Positions 42,065-52,393 of a stretch of 64,000 bases of DNA are shown in pieces. A program made the translations under genes and the position numbers. The notes under the pieces are model-generated. The model did no database searches. It saw nothing but the letters and a program-made list of their open reading frames with translations, and was not told the origin of the DNA. The DNA comes from an uncultured delta proteobacterium (GTDB lineage: Bacteria; Desulfobacterota; Desulfobacteria; Desulfobacterales; QNYZ01). The first letter of the stretch is position 1, and each line of letters opens with the position of its first letter. The stretch covers positions 640,001 through 704,000 of the forward strand of contig CAWJQU010000005.1 of the NCBI GenBank assembly GCA_963845145.1, in the 5' to 3' direction.

Positions 42065-42416
42065 TAATGAATATCCCAACCACAGAATGCTACGGATAGA
42101 CCGCATCTGAAGATTTGTCGAATTAACACTTCAGATCGAACCGGTAATATTTCTATCATAGACTTTCAATATCTAATTGGTACCTCAGAAAGGGTTTTGC
42201 ACCTTACAGAGAATCACCAGCTGGCACTACATACGACTGAAGAAATGCTTAGTTTTTTCAAACGAGCCAATTTACCTGTACAACAAGATCCAAAAGGAAT
42301 ATTTGGCCGTGGACTATACACAGGTGCTTAATATTATCCGCATAATATATATCTTGACAATCTAACGGTTAGGTATATATTATATAATATATATTATATT
42401 TTTAGTGAGGTTACTC

Positions 42417-42665
42417 ATGGATACAGCAAAAATTTTTATCAATGGACGAAGCCAAGCTGTTCGCCTTCCAAAATCTTATCGCTTTGAAGGAAAAGAAGTC
42501 TACGTCAAAAAAGTACCTGAAGGTGTCCTTCTCTTACCAAAAGACAACAGTATTTGGGACGTTTGGGAAAAAAACTTAAAAAAATATGACACACCATTCA
42601 TGACTCGACGTAATCAACCCAAAAATCAGCAAAAAAGAACAAGCCTCGATGAAATTTTTGATTGA
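42417..42665 (+). CDS. vapB: VapB (AbrB-fold) antitoxin
   Basis: AKIFINGRSQAVRLPKSYRF. Confidence 0.92.
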   Translation: MDTAKIFINGRSQAVRLPKSYRFEGKEVYVKKVPEGVLLLPKDNSIWDVWEKNLKKYDTPFMTRRNQPKNQQKRTSLDEIFD

Positions 42666-43074
42666 TACAAATATTTGCATTTACATCATGAACAATCATC
42701 CACGAGAGGTTGTTCAGAAATTTAGACATGTAGGTGTTGGGAATATTGGTATATCATCTATAACAGTGTCAGAGCTTCAATATGGTGTCCATAAAAGCAA
42801 ACATATCAAGGAAAACACAAGAAGGCTTCAAGAGTTCCTCAGTCCATTTGAAATTCTTTATTATGGAGAGAATGAATCAAAATATTATGGAAAAATCCGG
42901 AACCAACTTGAGAAACAAGGCAATATTATAGGCCCACTCGACTTATTAATAGCGGCTCATGCATTGAGTAATAAATTAACATTAATCACAAATAACGAAA
43001 TAGAATTCAACCGAATAAAATCATTGAAAGTCCAAAACTGGGTCAGTAAAAAAAACACAGGACCAGCCGCTTAA
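42649..43074 (+). CDS. vapC: VapC PIN-domain toxin
   Basis: LIDTNICIY, SELQYG, DLLIAAHA, TNNEIEF. Confidence 0.93.
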   Translation: MKFLIDTNICIYIMNNHPREVVQKFRHVGVGNIGISSITVSELQYGVHKSKHIKENTRRLQEFLSPFEILYYGENESKYYGKIRNQLEKQGNIIGPLDLLIAAHALSNKLTLITNNEIEFNRIKSLKVQNWVSKKNTGPAA

Positions 43075-43176
43075 TTCTGACCGCAACACCTTCCGGCAAT
43101 TTTCAAACGTATTGCCGTCCCAAAATGCAGAAGCAACTTGATCATCCTGTTATAAATGTTGCGGCAGGTTAGCGCC

Positions 43177-43650
43177 ATGTTTACGACAAAGAAAATGATT
43201 GATCTAACCCAAAAATCTGCAAAACGATTCCGCATAAATTGGAAAGATCTCGAAGAGCGTTCGGGAGACTTCTGGAAGGTAGACACGTTGATGGTCGGAC
43301 GTGTCCCGATGTTGTTCATCGTTCACGAATATACTTTGTTTACTTTGGTTAGAAAAAAATCTCAATTCCGTGATCCCTTGGCTATTGCAAATGACATTAT
43401 CCACTCTTGCCCATGGTATCGCAGCCCGGGGACTATTTCTCTTGGGAAAAATGGAAATCGAAAAATCACGGGTAGCATAAATGAGATGAAACGGATGACA
43501 ATCGGCTTGTATTCATCAGAGCAAATCAACGCTATGGAAATGGCAATCAATCAGGGTTTATTTTCGTACCTGTCCGAAGATCAGAATGATTATTTGAATC
43601 CATTTGATGCGGTTGATAGCTACATTAAAGGGCATACTCCCTGGCTATAA
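43177..43650 (+). CDS. Hypothetical protein
   Basis: ~157-aa co-oriented ORF whose stop codon lies in an attC-like R'' box; start uncertain. Confidence 0.65.
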   Translation: MFTTKKMIDLTQKSAKRFRINWKDLEERSGDFWKVDTLMVGRVPMLFIVHEYTLFTLVRKKSQFRDPLAIANDIIHSCPWYRSPGTISLGKNGNRKITGSINEMKRMTIGLYSSEQINAMEMAINQGLFSYLSEDQNDYLNPFDAVDSYIKGHTPWL

Positions 43651-43788
43651 CCAACTTTTCAAACGGGATATACTCGCTGGTTTCTATGTCCGGTGATGTA
43701 CACGATATATGGCTTGGAAAAACATCATGCGATAGCAAAATTGCATGAACAGAAAAATTCCAAAAATTTTATTTTTCACTATTAAAAT

Positions 43789-43952
43789 TTATAAAAACGT
43801 AAAAAGTCATCAAAAGGGATGGCAAAGTAATCCGCCAAGGCGGACAAGTTCAAGGCGTCGCGAATCCCGTGTGATGAGGCGTACTTATCGTACGCCGCAA
43901 CCACGACGGGATGAAGCGCAACGCAGTAATTGGGCTTTTTACGAAGCCATCA
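43789..43952 (+). mobile_element. ~165-bp MITE copy 1, TSD AAAT
   Basis: Near identical to 44896-45060; imperfect TIRs; AAAT on both flanks. Confidence 0.8.
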
Positions 43953-43982
43953 AAATTGGTAACCAGGCAAAAGGCTTTGATT

Positions 43983-44786
43983 ATGGCAATTGAAAAACAG
44001 ATAATTGAAACGGCTATCGAAAACGGGGCTACTGTTGCGGGTATTGCAAGCACACAAGCCCTAAAATTGTCCTCCTCGCACCTGATATATACGAAAATGG
44101 GTAATTATGACGGAGTCGGCACCGTTAAAGATGATGATACCCTTTCGAAAAAACATTTATTCAAATGGCCGGATGCAGCAAGATCTGTACTCGTTATCGG
44201 CCTTTCACACCCTGAAGGTCAGCCGGAGCTTGACTGGTGGGACGGCAGGGGAACCCCCGGGAATCGACAGTTGATTGAAATTATTAAGCTGACCCAACAG
44301 CAGATTGAAAACAACCTGAAAGTGAATACCCGAAAACTTCATTATTATGTTGAAAAGGGCGGTATTTTTCTCAAGGATGCGGCGGTACTGGCCGGATTGG
44401 GTTGTATCGGGAAAAACAATATGCTGGTGACTAAGTCATACGGCCCGAGAATCCGATTGAGAGCGTTGTTTCTCGATGCCGATTTAGAACCAACGGGTCC
44501 TGTTGGCTTTGACCCCTGCGCAGGCTGCAAAGAATATTGTAGAAGGGTTTGTCCTGAAAATGCCATGAATAAGAGAGTGCCATTATTTGAATCAATCAAT
44601 AATTCTTTAGATCTGCCCGCTAGAGATGGCGCTTATAATAGAGAAATATGCAATATACGAATGGAAAAGGATGTTTCCGAAAGCGGCAAACGAAGTGCCG
44701 GTGAACAATCTCCCATAAAATACTGTAGAAAGTGCGAGTTTGTTTGCCCGACAGGGAAAAAGAGAGGGATGAAAAAAACCATATAA
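43983..44786 (+). CDS. Epoxyqueuosine reductase (QueG)-like Fe-S protein
   Basis: LKDAAVLAGLGCIGKNN, YGPRIRLR, CAGCKEYCRRVCP, CRKCEFVCP. Confidence 0.82.
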   Translation: MAIEKQIIETAIENGATVAGIASTQALKLSSSHLIYTKMGNYDGVGTVKDDDTLSKKHLFKWPDAARSVLVIGLSHPEGQPELDWWDGRGTPGNRQLIEIIKLTQQQIENNLKVNTRKLHYYVEKGGIFLKDAAVLAGLGCIGKNNMLVTKSYGPRIRLRALFLDADLEPTGPVGFDPCAGCKEYCRRVCPENAMNKRVPLFESINNSLDLPARDGAYNREICNIRMEKDVSESGKRSAGEQSPIKYCRKCEFVCPTGKKRGMKKTI

Positions 44787-44878
44787 CCTCGATATGATCT
44801 TCAGTTGCCATGACCGATTGGATTTGCCAAAAAGCGTGATATTTAGCCTAAAAACAGTATCACACTGACAAATAGCTA

Positions 44879-45222
44879 GAGCGCATAGATACCGATGATG
44901 AAAACGTAAGAAGTCATCAAAAGGGATGGCAAAGTAATCCGCCTAAGGCGGACAAGTTCAAGGCGTCGCGAATCCCGTGTGATGAGGCGTACTTATCGTA
45001 CGCCGCAATCACGACGGGATGAAGCGCAACGCAGTAATTGGGCTTTTTACGAAGCCATCACCGATAAGTTGTCCGAAAGACTGGAGACCCAGGGGTTTTC
45101 AATAAAATCATGTTCGGAGATTGTCGATATGATTCCCATCAAAGTATTGCAACCATCATCGGAGATGGCTTTGATGGCGGGTAATGTCTGGTGATATTAC
45201 ACCTGGAGAGGAACGCGAAGGT
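44879..45222 (+). pseudogene. Diverged duplicate of the CheD-HDOD 3' end and downstream DNA, interrupted by a MITE
   Basis: gagcgcata...ttgtccgaaagact...gattcccatcaaagtattgcaa...gagatggctttgatgg matches ~35783-36010. Confidence 0.85.
44896..45060 (+). mobile_element. 165-bp MITE copy 2, TSD CCGA
   Basis: tgatgaaaacgtaagaag ... ctttttacgaagccatca flanked by ccga on both sides. Confidence 0.85.
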
Positions 45223-45239
45223 GATTTAGGTGAGCTCTT

Positions 45240-45361
45240 AAAGTCTCTTATCGGTTACTTTTTCAATAAATTCCATCAAAAAAGACAAAAAGTCCCTGAG
45301 CGAGAACTTTTCATTGCATTTTGGCTGCACAGTTGCTAAAAGTGTCCGATCGGAAACTTTT
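45240..45361. promoter_or_regulatory. Three AAAGT-N12-ACTTT palindromes, candidate HipB operators
   Basis: Copies at ~45240, 45288 and 45338 upstream of the HTH gene. Confidence 0.7.
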
Positions 45362-45363
45362 AT

Positions 45364-45606
45364 ATGGATGATAAATTGAAATCTTCAACAAAAATTAACA
45401 ACCCTAAAGAATTCGGGCGGCATCTTCTTAAAGAGCGTAAAAGCCTAAAGCTAACGCAAAAAGAGATCTCTGAGTTTACTGATGTTGGTAGAAAATTTAT
45501 TATAGAGCTTGAAAAAGGCAAAGCAACCGCTCAACTTGGAAAAGTTTTTGAATTGTTGAACAGCCTTGGTCTTGAACTCCATCTCATTAAACGTGGAGAT
45601 CGCTGA
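45364..45606 (+). CDS. hipB: HipB-like XRE antitoxin
   Basis: RKSLKLTQKEIS...VGRKFIIELEKGK. Confidence 0.85.
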   Translation: MDDKLKSSTKINNPKEFGRHLLKERKSLKLTQKEISEFTDVGRKFIIELEKGKATAQLGKVFELLNSLGLELHLIKRGDR

Positions 45607-45608
45607 TT

Positions 45609-46856
45609 TTGGAAACCTTGAATGTTTTTTTTGGGCAAATCAGCGTCGGTTCTCTAAGTATTGATGACAGGAGATTATTTTCATTTCAATATTCTACGAA
45701 ATGGTTGACTTCACCTGATGCTTTTCAAATATCTATTTCTTTGCCAATACAAGAAAATATTTTTTCACATGATAAAGTAAAATCATTTTTTTCCAACCTG
45801 TTACCTGAATCTACCGTTAGAGAATTAATCGCGAAACGACTCGGGATTTCAGATAAAAATGATTTTATGCTTCTCAAACGTATTGGAGGAGAGTGTGCAG
45901 GGGCAATATCAATTCTACCTGAGTCAGAAATACCTGAGACTCCTGATCAATACACGTATCGTTCTTTATCAGACAAACAATTAGTAGATCTAATAAAGCA
46001 TATCCCCAGGCGTCCCTTACTTGCAGGCCAAGAAGGAATCCGAATATCGCTGGCAGGGGCACAAGAAAAACTGGCACTTTTCTACAAAGAGCCTACTTTT
46101 TATATCCCTACAAATGGTGCTCCAAGCAACTTTATTTTAAAACCAGGCATGGCTCATTTCCACTCTTCCATTGAAAATGAATATTTTTGTATGATGCTTG
46201 CCAAGGCTGTTGGTTTGAATGTTCCGCCTGTTATAATTACCAAAAAAGCGACCCAAAAGGTTCTATTGATCAAAAGGTATGACAGAATTTTGGATAATGA
46301 TGTTCTCATACGTCTTCATCAGGAAGATTTTTGTCAGGCTATGGGGCTTTCCCATGAACTGAAGTACCAGGCTGATGGTGGCCCTGGGCTGAAAGCATGC
46401 TTTGATCTCATCCGGGCATATTCTGCAAATCCGATTAAAGATTTTCAACAGTTGATGCAATGGGTGTTTTTTAATTACTTAATCGGGAATATGGATGGGC
46501 ATGCAAAAAATTTGTCTTTTATATATCAAGCAAAGCGGATCCGATTAGCACCTTTTTATGACATGATGTGTACAGATATATATGAAGACCTGTCACAAAA
46601 GCTTGCTATGCAAATAGGAGGAGAAAACAGACCCGAGTGGATTATGGAAAGACACTGGAAAAGATTTGCAGAAGACTTGAAAATAAACAATGCGGTTCTC
46701 CGGGAACGATTATCGGATTTTTGTCTTAAAGTAACCAATAAAATTGACAGTACCTATACCGACTTCATCAACAGATATCAACGAAACAGCCTATTAGAGG
46801 GTATCATATCTGCTATAAAAAAAAGATCGGATAGAACGCTTAAACGATTTGATTAA
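45609..46856 (+). CDS. hipA: HipA-family kinase toxin
   Basis: FFSNLLPE, SLAGAQEK, RLHQEDFCQA, GNMDGHAKN, LAPFYD. Confidence 0.92.
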   Translation: METLNVFFGQISVGSLSIDDRRLFSFQYSTKWLTSPDAFQISISLPIQENIFSHDKVKSFFSNLLPESTVRELIAKRLGISDKNDFMLLKRIGGECAGAISILPESEIPETPDQYTYRSLSDKQLVDLIKHIPRRPLLAGQEGIRISLAGAQEKLALFYKEPTFYIPTNGAPSNFILKPGMAHFHSSIENEYFCMMLAKAVGLNVPPVIITKKATQKVLLIKRYDRILDNDVLIRLHQEDFCQAMGLSHELKYQADGGPGLKACFDLIRAYSANPIKDFQQLMQWVFFNYLIGNMDGHAKNLSFIYQAKRIRLAPFYDMMCTDIYEDLSQKLAMQIGGENRPEWIMERHWKRFAEDLKINNAVLRERLSDFCLKVTNKIDSTYTDFINRYQRNSLLEGIISAIKKRSDRTLKRFD

Positions 46857-46992
46857 ATTTATAACAAAAAAAATGAACCGGATGTGACCGGTTATTTTCA
46901 TATTATCTTCGCCCATGTCAAAGGGCCTTACCTCGAAAAAATTTGGGCGATCGTTGGAGGCCTGGATAACACCATTCAAAGTATCGTTCTAA

Positions 46993-47112
46993 GCTGGGTA
47001 ATACCAACATTATAAATGTTTTTATCTTTTATGTTGGTTAATACCAACCTTACAGCATCATATTCTTCTTGTTTTTTTTAACATGTTTTGATATCAGTTG
47101 GTAAATACCAAC
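46993..47112. promoter_or_regulatory. Three GTTGG-N6-CCAAC palindromes, candidate operators of the second hip module
   Basis: Copies at 46993 (one mismatch), 47033 and 47097. Confidence 0.7.
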
Positions 47113-47136
47113 ATAAAACAAGGTAATTCGAGAATA

Positions 47137-47492
47137 ATGATAGAAAAAACCAGCACAGATTGGGTTGCAATGTCAGATAAAGCGATCATAGGCGCCATCG
47201 GTGCCTATATTAGACATCAGCGGCTGGAACAGAACAAAACACAGGCGCAAGTCGCCAGAAGAGGCTGGAATAAACCGCTGGACACTTGAGTCAGATAGAA
47301 AATGGCGAGTCTATAACGCTTGCGACCCTCATCCAGATATTGAGGGTTCTTGACCTGATTCATTTGTTGAGCATATTCACCATCGAGGAAACAATCAGCC
47401 CGATAGAGTATGCCAGATTAAAAGAAAAGAAAAAAAAGAGAGCAAGGCCTAAAACTAAAACAAATGATTCAAATGGAGATTTGGGGTGGTAG
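47137..47492 (+). CDS. XRE HTH antitoxin, frameshift near 47260
   Basis: IGAYIRHQRLEQNKTQAQVA / SQIENGESITLATLIQILRVL in two frames. Confidence 0.8.
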
Positions 47493-48794
47493 ATTATGCA
47501 TATGTACATATCTGGGGTACGTTTGCAGGTGTTGTCAGGTGGGATGCTGCACGGCAATTAGCAAGTTTCCAGTTTGATAAAAGCTTCCTGGATGAAAAAC
47601 TGGGATATTTCCCCGATAAAAATGCCTGTCAGCAATGGTAGCCGGATATACAACTTTCCGGATCTGCTGCCGTCAAAAGATATGACAGGAGATGCATTTA
47701 AAGGGTTACCCGGTTTACTTGCAGATTCTCTGCCTGATAAATATGGCAATCAGCTGATTGAAACATGGCTGGCCCAAAATGGCCGTCCTCCCAACAGCAT
47801 GAATCCGGTTGAAAAACTATGTTTTATCGGCAGCAGGGGGATGGGTGCCCTGGAGTTTGAACCTGCCCAGTTGAAAGCAGGCAAAAACACATTTTCTATT
47901 GAAATAGCAAGTCTTGTTGATATTGCTAAAAAAATACTCTCGGAAAGAAAGAATTTTGAAATAAATGTCAGTGCCGATGATGAGCAGGCCATGAAAGAAC
48001 TCTTAAAAATCGGAACTTCTGCAGGCGGGGCAAGACCCAAGGCTGTCATCGCGTTCAATAAAAAAACAAAAGAAGTCAGATCCGGTCAGACTAGAGCGCC
48101 CAAGGGATTTGAACATTGGCTTATAAAGCTTGACGGTGTAAGCGGCGCGCAGTTCGGAGACAGTCATGGTTGGGGACGTGTTGAATACGCATATTATCTA
48201 ATGGCAAAGGAATGTGATATTGAAATGACAGAATGCGAATTGTTAGAAGAAGACGACCGAGCCCACTTTATGACGAAACGATTCGATCGGCAGGGAAATA
48301 ATATCAGGCACCATATCCAGACGCTTTGTGCAATCCAGCATTTTGACTATAATAATATTTATGGATACAGTTATGAGCAGGTATTTCAAACCATGCGCCT
48401 ATTGCGCCTGAAATATCCGGAAGCAGAACAAATGTTCCGCAGAATGGTATTTAATGTTCTGGCAACCAATTGTGATGATCACACTAAAAATTTTTCATTT
48501 CAGTTGAAACAGGATGGCGAATGGAGACTTTCACCGGCATACGATGTCTGTTATTCGTATGATCCTAAAAATGTGTGGGTAAACCAGCAAACGTTAAGCA
48601 TAAATGGAAAACACAGAAATATAAGTAAAGAAGATTTAATGACGATTGCCAAAGCAAACAACATAAAAAAAGGCGAAAAAATAATTGAGGAAATCAACAC
48701 AGTGGTAAAGAGCTGGAAAGATTTTGCAAACCGGGCAAAAGTAAGAAAAGAATTACTGCAGACCATTCAAGACAATCTGCATACTTTGAAATAA
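47486..48794 (+). CDS. hipA: Second HipA-family toxin, frameshift near 47590
   Basis: LADSLPDKYGN, GTSAGGARPK, NCDDHTKNF, LSPAYD; N-terminus from GTG at 47486. Confidence 0.88.
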
Positions 48795-48854
48795 AACAGG
48801 GGTACGCTCTGAAAAAAATATAATCCCTGAATGATCGCTTGGTTTGATCCCAAT

Positions 48855-49508
48855 TCACAATAAATTATGGCGTCTCTTCATCTTAATGGCATTTTCCGGG
48901 CACATCGGAACACAAACCCCGCACCCATAGCAGCACTCCGGATCAAAGACAAGACCACTGTCTGTCAAATCCCTGGCCTTAAACGGGCAATTTTCTGTAC
49001 AAAGGCCACAGTCTATGCACAGGGTTTCATTGGTGCTTGCAATGAATTCTGAATGCACCACTAACTCGGTCCGTTTGTATTTAATCAGCAACTGCAAATC
49101 ATGACAGCAGCAAGAGCAGCAGTTGCATAACGCAAACACTTCCTGACCCGGTTGATATAAGCTCAAATGAACAAGGCCGGCTTCGCCGGCATGCTTCAGA
49201 ACCTGGATGGCTTCTTTTTCATCAACTTTTCGGGCCTCATTTTTTTCAATTGCTTTATCGGCAACGTCGTTTAACAGGAAACAAACTTCTTTAGGTTTAT
49301 CACATTGATAATGAGTCCGGCACGAACATGCCGTTAAAGCAAATGAGTTTGCCTGGGTGAGTATGGAGATGGCCTGTTGTGTCGGCATTACCCATTGCCT
49401 GGCGTCAAGGGATTTTTTAACGGGTATCACCTTGGACGTATACGCCACTTTATCTTCACACAGCCATCTATCGTATCGGTTGGCATATTTTGTCAGGTAT
49501 GAATCCAT
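48855..49508 (-). CDS. 4Fe-4S dicluster protein
   Basis: CSCR, CNCCSCCC, CIDCGLCTENCP, CYGCGVCVPMCP. Confidence 0.88.
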   Translation of the reverse strand: MDSYLTKYANRYDRWLCEDKVAYTSKVIPVKKSLDARQWVMPTQQAISILTQANSFALTACSCRTHYQCDKPKEVCFLLNDVADKAIEKNEARKVDEKEAIQVLKHAGEAGLVHLSLYQPGQEVFALCNCCSCCCHDLQLLIKYKRTELVVHSEFIASTNETLCIDCGLCTENCPFKARDLTDSGLVFDPECCYGCGVCVPMCPENAIKMKRRHNLL

Positions 49509-49582
49509 TTACTACCCCTTGTTTGAAAAATAGATATTTCTTGCTTGCGTAATCTTATCCACATAAAATCAACCCCATAAAA

Positions 49583-50386
49583 TCACCCGTGGGTTTTAGC
49601 CAATTTATTAAACATATTGGCAAGGCCGGTGGACAGGGTATAAATGTTTTCTATGGGCAGGTTTTTATCGGCCGTACTGTCAAAAAACAGATTCAGGTCC
49701 GATTCCAGGCCGTCTTCGGGATGATTGTAGCAAATCAACATGGGCAGCAGCGGCAGTGGATTGATGATCAGGGAAATATCTGCATCATAATGATTTTGAA
49801 CAGGCTTGCCGTTAAACAACTCAATGATGTCTTTGAAAAAAGAGGGATTTGTATCTGCCACCTGTTTAAAAAGCTTACACATTGATGCTCAAAAAACCGG
49901 GCCCAGTCTTTGGATGTTTCAAGTTCCCTGAAAGGCACCCATGATCCGGTCAACGGTATCCCTTTGCTGCTCAATACATAATTTAACACCGGCGGGAGCA
50001 ATCCAGGGATTGACATGAATATCGGTTGAGATCTCACCATTTTCATCAATGCCAAAGTCTTTGCCAAAAATTTTTAAAGTGAACCTGCCATTTGAGAATT
50101 TCCCACCAAGCTTTTCAGCTCTGGACTCAAGATCGATCTGATTTATCCGGTCTTTTAACTGACCCATCACCTTGATATAGTCCTGCTCAGATGCGGATTC
50201 ATATTCTAATTTTTGCGAACCGTATTTTTTAAGAGTGTCTTCATCAATAAACGGGCATTCGCTTAAAGGGATCTGGCCTTGAAATACAGCTGCTGCAAAC
50301 GCCAGGCAGGTTGGTTTATTGCATTTTCGGCAATTGGTTTTTTCCAATAATTTAAAGACATCCATGGTGTTTTTAAATTCAGCCAT
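49583..50386 (-). CDS. Fe-S domain + DUF3786 protein, frameshift(s) near 49900-49990
   Basis: KLLEKTNCRKCNKPTCLAFA...ECP then WVPFREL, PLPLLPM, LFFD. Confidence 0.8.
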
Positions 50387-50390
50387 TGGA

Positions 50391-51023
50391 TTAACCTCTT
50401 TTGTTTTCATCAGCCTGAATTAGCTTTCTTGCCAAAAGGCCGCTGGTCATGGCCAGAGATTCCGGGTCCAGATAATATTCGGCCTGCCTTTGAAACAAAA
50501 CCTTGCAGTTAGCAGGAAAGTCTTCATCTGCATCGTTCATCAACAGCAGCAGGGATAATCGGGGCAGCGCCACAAATGAAACGGACAAATCATAGTTCAG
50601 GTCCAATTGCTGCGCGGTCCCATTCACCTTTCCACATGCGGTTTCCAGGTCAGCCAGACGTCCTGAAAAATGCGTTTTAATCCGCCCGGTGGTCCCTGTA
50701 TTAAAAAAATTGGCATTGGTAAAATGGGATTCCTTTTTAAAATCCCGAAATGTGCACCAATCTCCATCTAAGGTTATTTGATCCGGACAAAGCAGGATAT
50801 ATTTGGCTAAAATGACACTCGTCACGTAGTCTGCCTTTTCATTGTCCATTTTAAAAATACCATGGCCGGATACCTGATAAGGTTGATTAAAGAAGGGAAT
50901 CTGGGCAATGTTATTTTCAATTTGAATATCAAGCAGGTCTTTGATGGATGCAAAATCCACGGATGCAATTTGCCTGCAATAGTCCTTGTAATGTTCTTCA
51001 AAGATTTTTGAACGCTGTTCCAT
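50391..51023 (-). CDS. DUF3786 domain protein
   Basis: WCTFRDF, ALPRLSL, DADEDFPA, YLDPESL. Confidence 0.82.
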   Translation of the reverse strand: MEQRSKIFEEHYKDYCRQIASVDFASIKDLLDIQIENNIAQIPFFNQPYQVSGHGIFKMDNEKADYVTSVILAKYILLCPDQITLDGDWCTFRDFKKESHFTNANFFNTGTTGRIKTHFSGRLADLETACGKVNGTAQQLDLNYDLSVSFVALPRLSLLLLMNDADEDFPANCKVLFQRQAEYYLDPESLAMTSGLLARKLIQADENKRG

Positions 51024-51100
51024 GAAAAACGCTCCTCTATTTTTTATACAGGTTACACCACAAATGTTGTATTTAATTAACCCTTGTTCCAATTAAATAC

Positions 51101-51118
51101 ATCCCCCATTTGGGCGAT
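51101..51118. promoter_or_regulatory. 18-bp palindrome between divergent genes, candidate LuxR-family box
   Basis: atcccccatttgggcgat. Confidence 0.55.
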
Positions 51119-51280
51119 TTTTGAGATATTTATGGATCAAAATCAGGTATAGTTGGTTATTTATCGGCTTTACGGGGATATTGACGTCCTGCGGGAGGTA
51201 CCCTATGGTTGAACAAAACGAATTGAGCAGACAATCATGATGCCACGCCATTCAAATATCGGATTTCACAGTCTGCGGGT

Positions 51281-52135
51281 ATGCTCCATGGGCCGGGACC
51301 CGCCACCCAGCCGGCCGATAAATTAAAGGCCTGCATGATGGCGGATTTTGATTTTTCCATGGATATCGAATTCTTATTTCCCTATGTCAATGCTGTGGTA
51401 AAAAAAGCACAATTGTATGATAACCCACCCTATATCCGATTCGGTTTTGATCATACCTTGTGTGTACTTTATCCGGACAGAGGTATTGCCTCTCCGTTTG
51501 ATGATAATGAGGATGCAAGGGATTTTATGGTTCGGCTCATGACCTTTTTAAATGATATTTATGATCGGAAAGATCAGATCACCCCCCGGCATAAATTATT
51601 CAGCCAGACTGCCATCACCCAAATATTAAAACTGCTGCCCCAGACCAATTGCAATGACTGCGGCTTTAACACATGCATGGCTTTTGCCGCCATGCTTGGC
51701 AGACAGCAGACCATTCCGGGGCGCTGCCCACACATCAGCCGACCGGTGCAGGAAAAAGCCATTTTCCCGGTCCTTGATAACAACGGAAACCTATTGTCCA
51801 CCATTACCCTGGATATCGATAACAACCAGAATGTATCTGCCTTGGATTCAGCAAAGCAATATATTGAAAATCTGGAAATAAAAATTCAACAATTATCCGA
51901 CATGAAAGGCGATCTGAGGGAAAAGGCCAACCGCCAATTGCCGACGCCCTTGAGCCAGAGGGAAATCGAAGTACTTCAAATGCTTGCCTGCGGCACCACA
52001 AATGTGGAAATCGCGCAATCGTTAAATATCAGCCCCCATACGGTGAAAAGCCATATTAACCATATTTTTAATAAACTGGGGGTGAACACCCGAACCCAGG
52101 CATCGGTTTGGGCCACCCAGCATCATTTTGTTTAG
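51281..52135 (+). CDS. LuxR-type HTH regulator with internal Fe-S domain
   Basis: LLPQTNCNDCGFNTCMAFA...CP and LSQREIEVL...SPHTVKSHINHIFNKLGV; true start may be upstream. Confidence 0.87.
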   Translation: MLHGPGPATQPADKLKACMMADFDFSMDIEFLFPYVNAVVKKAQLYDNPPYIRFGFDHTLCVLYPDRGIASPFDDNEDARDFMVRLMTFLNDIYDRKDQITPRHKLFSQTAITQILKLLPQTNCNDCGFNTCMAFAAMLGRQQTIPGRCPHISRPVQEKAIFPVLDNNGNLLSTITLDIDNNQNVSALDSAKQYIENLEIKIQQLSDMKGDLREKANRQLPTPLSQREIEVLQMLACGTTNVEIAQSLNISPHTVKSHINHIFNKLGVNTRTQASVWATQHHFV

Positions 52136-52240
52136 CGGCAAACATTCGATGCGATCATTGACAGTTTGTGGCGGGGTCGTTCATTGGTCAAAAATTAGAG
52201 GTTACTACGTGTTGTGCCTGTCAAATTAGCTGGTCATATT

Positions 52241-52393
52241 TGATGCACTCGTAAAAAGTAGCACGGATGGCTAAGTTAAAAGGCTCATATACAAGGCGTT
52301 GTGGTTTTGCAGGATCGAAACTATACATGTAGTATGTTGAGAGTCTGGAAAACAACAACAACGCCGTAGATTAGACTTTTTACGACGCCATCA
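52241..52393 (+). mobile_element. 153-bp MITE with the same TGATG...CATCA ends, different interior, TSD TATT
   Basis: tatt|tgatgcactcgtaaaaag ... ctttttacgacgccatca|tatt. Confidence 0.75.

Noticed and set aside
43789..45060. Composite transposon of two MITEs carrying the QueG-like gene
   Set aside because: Each MITE has its own 4-bp TSD (AAAT, CCGA), indicating independent insertions
43745..45194. ORFs containing MRRTYRTPQ (43745, 44979) and the 5' extension at 43911
   Set aside because: They are translations of the MITE and of the duplicated HDOD tail
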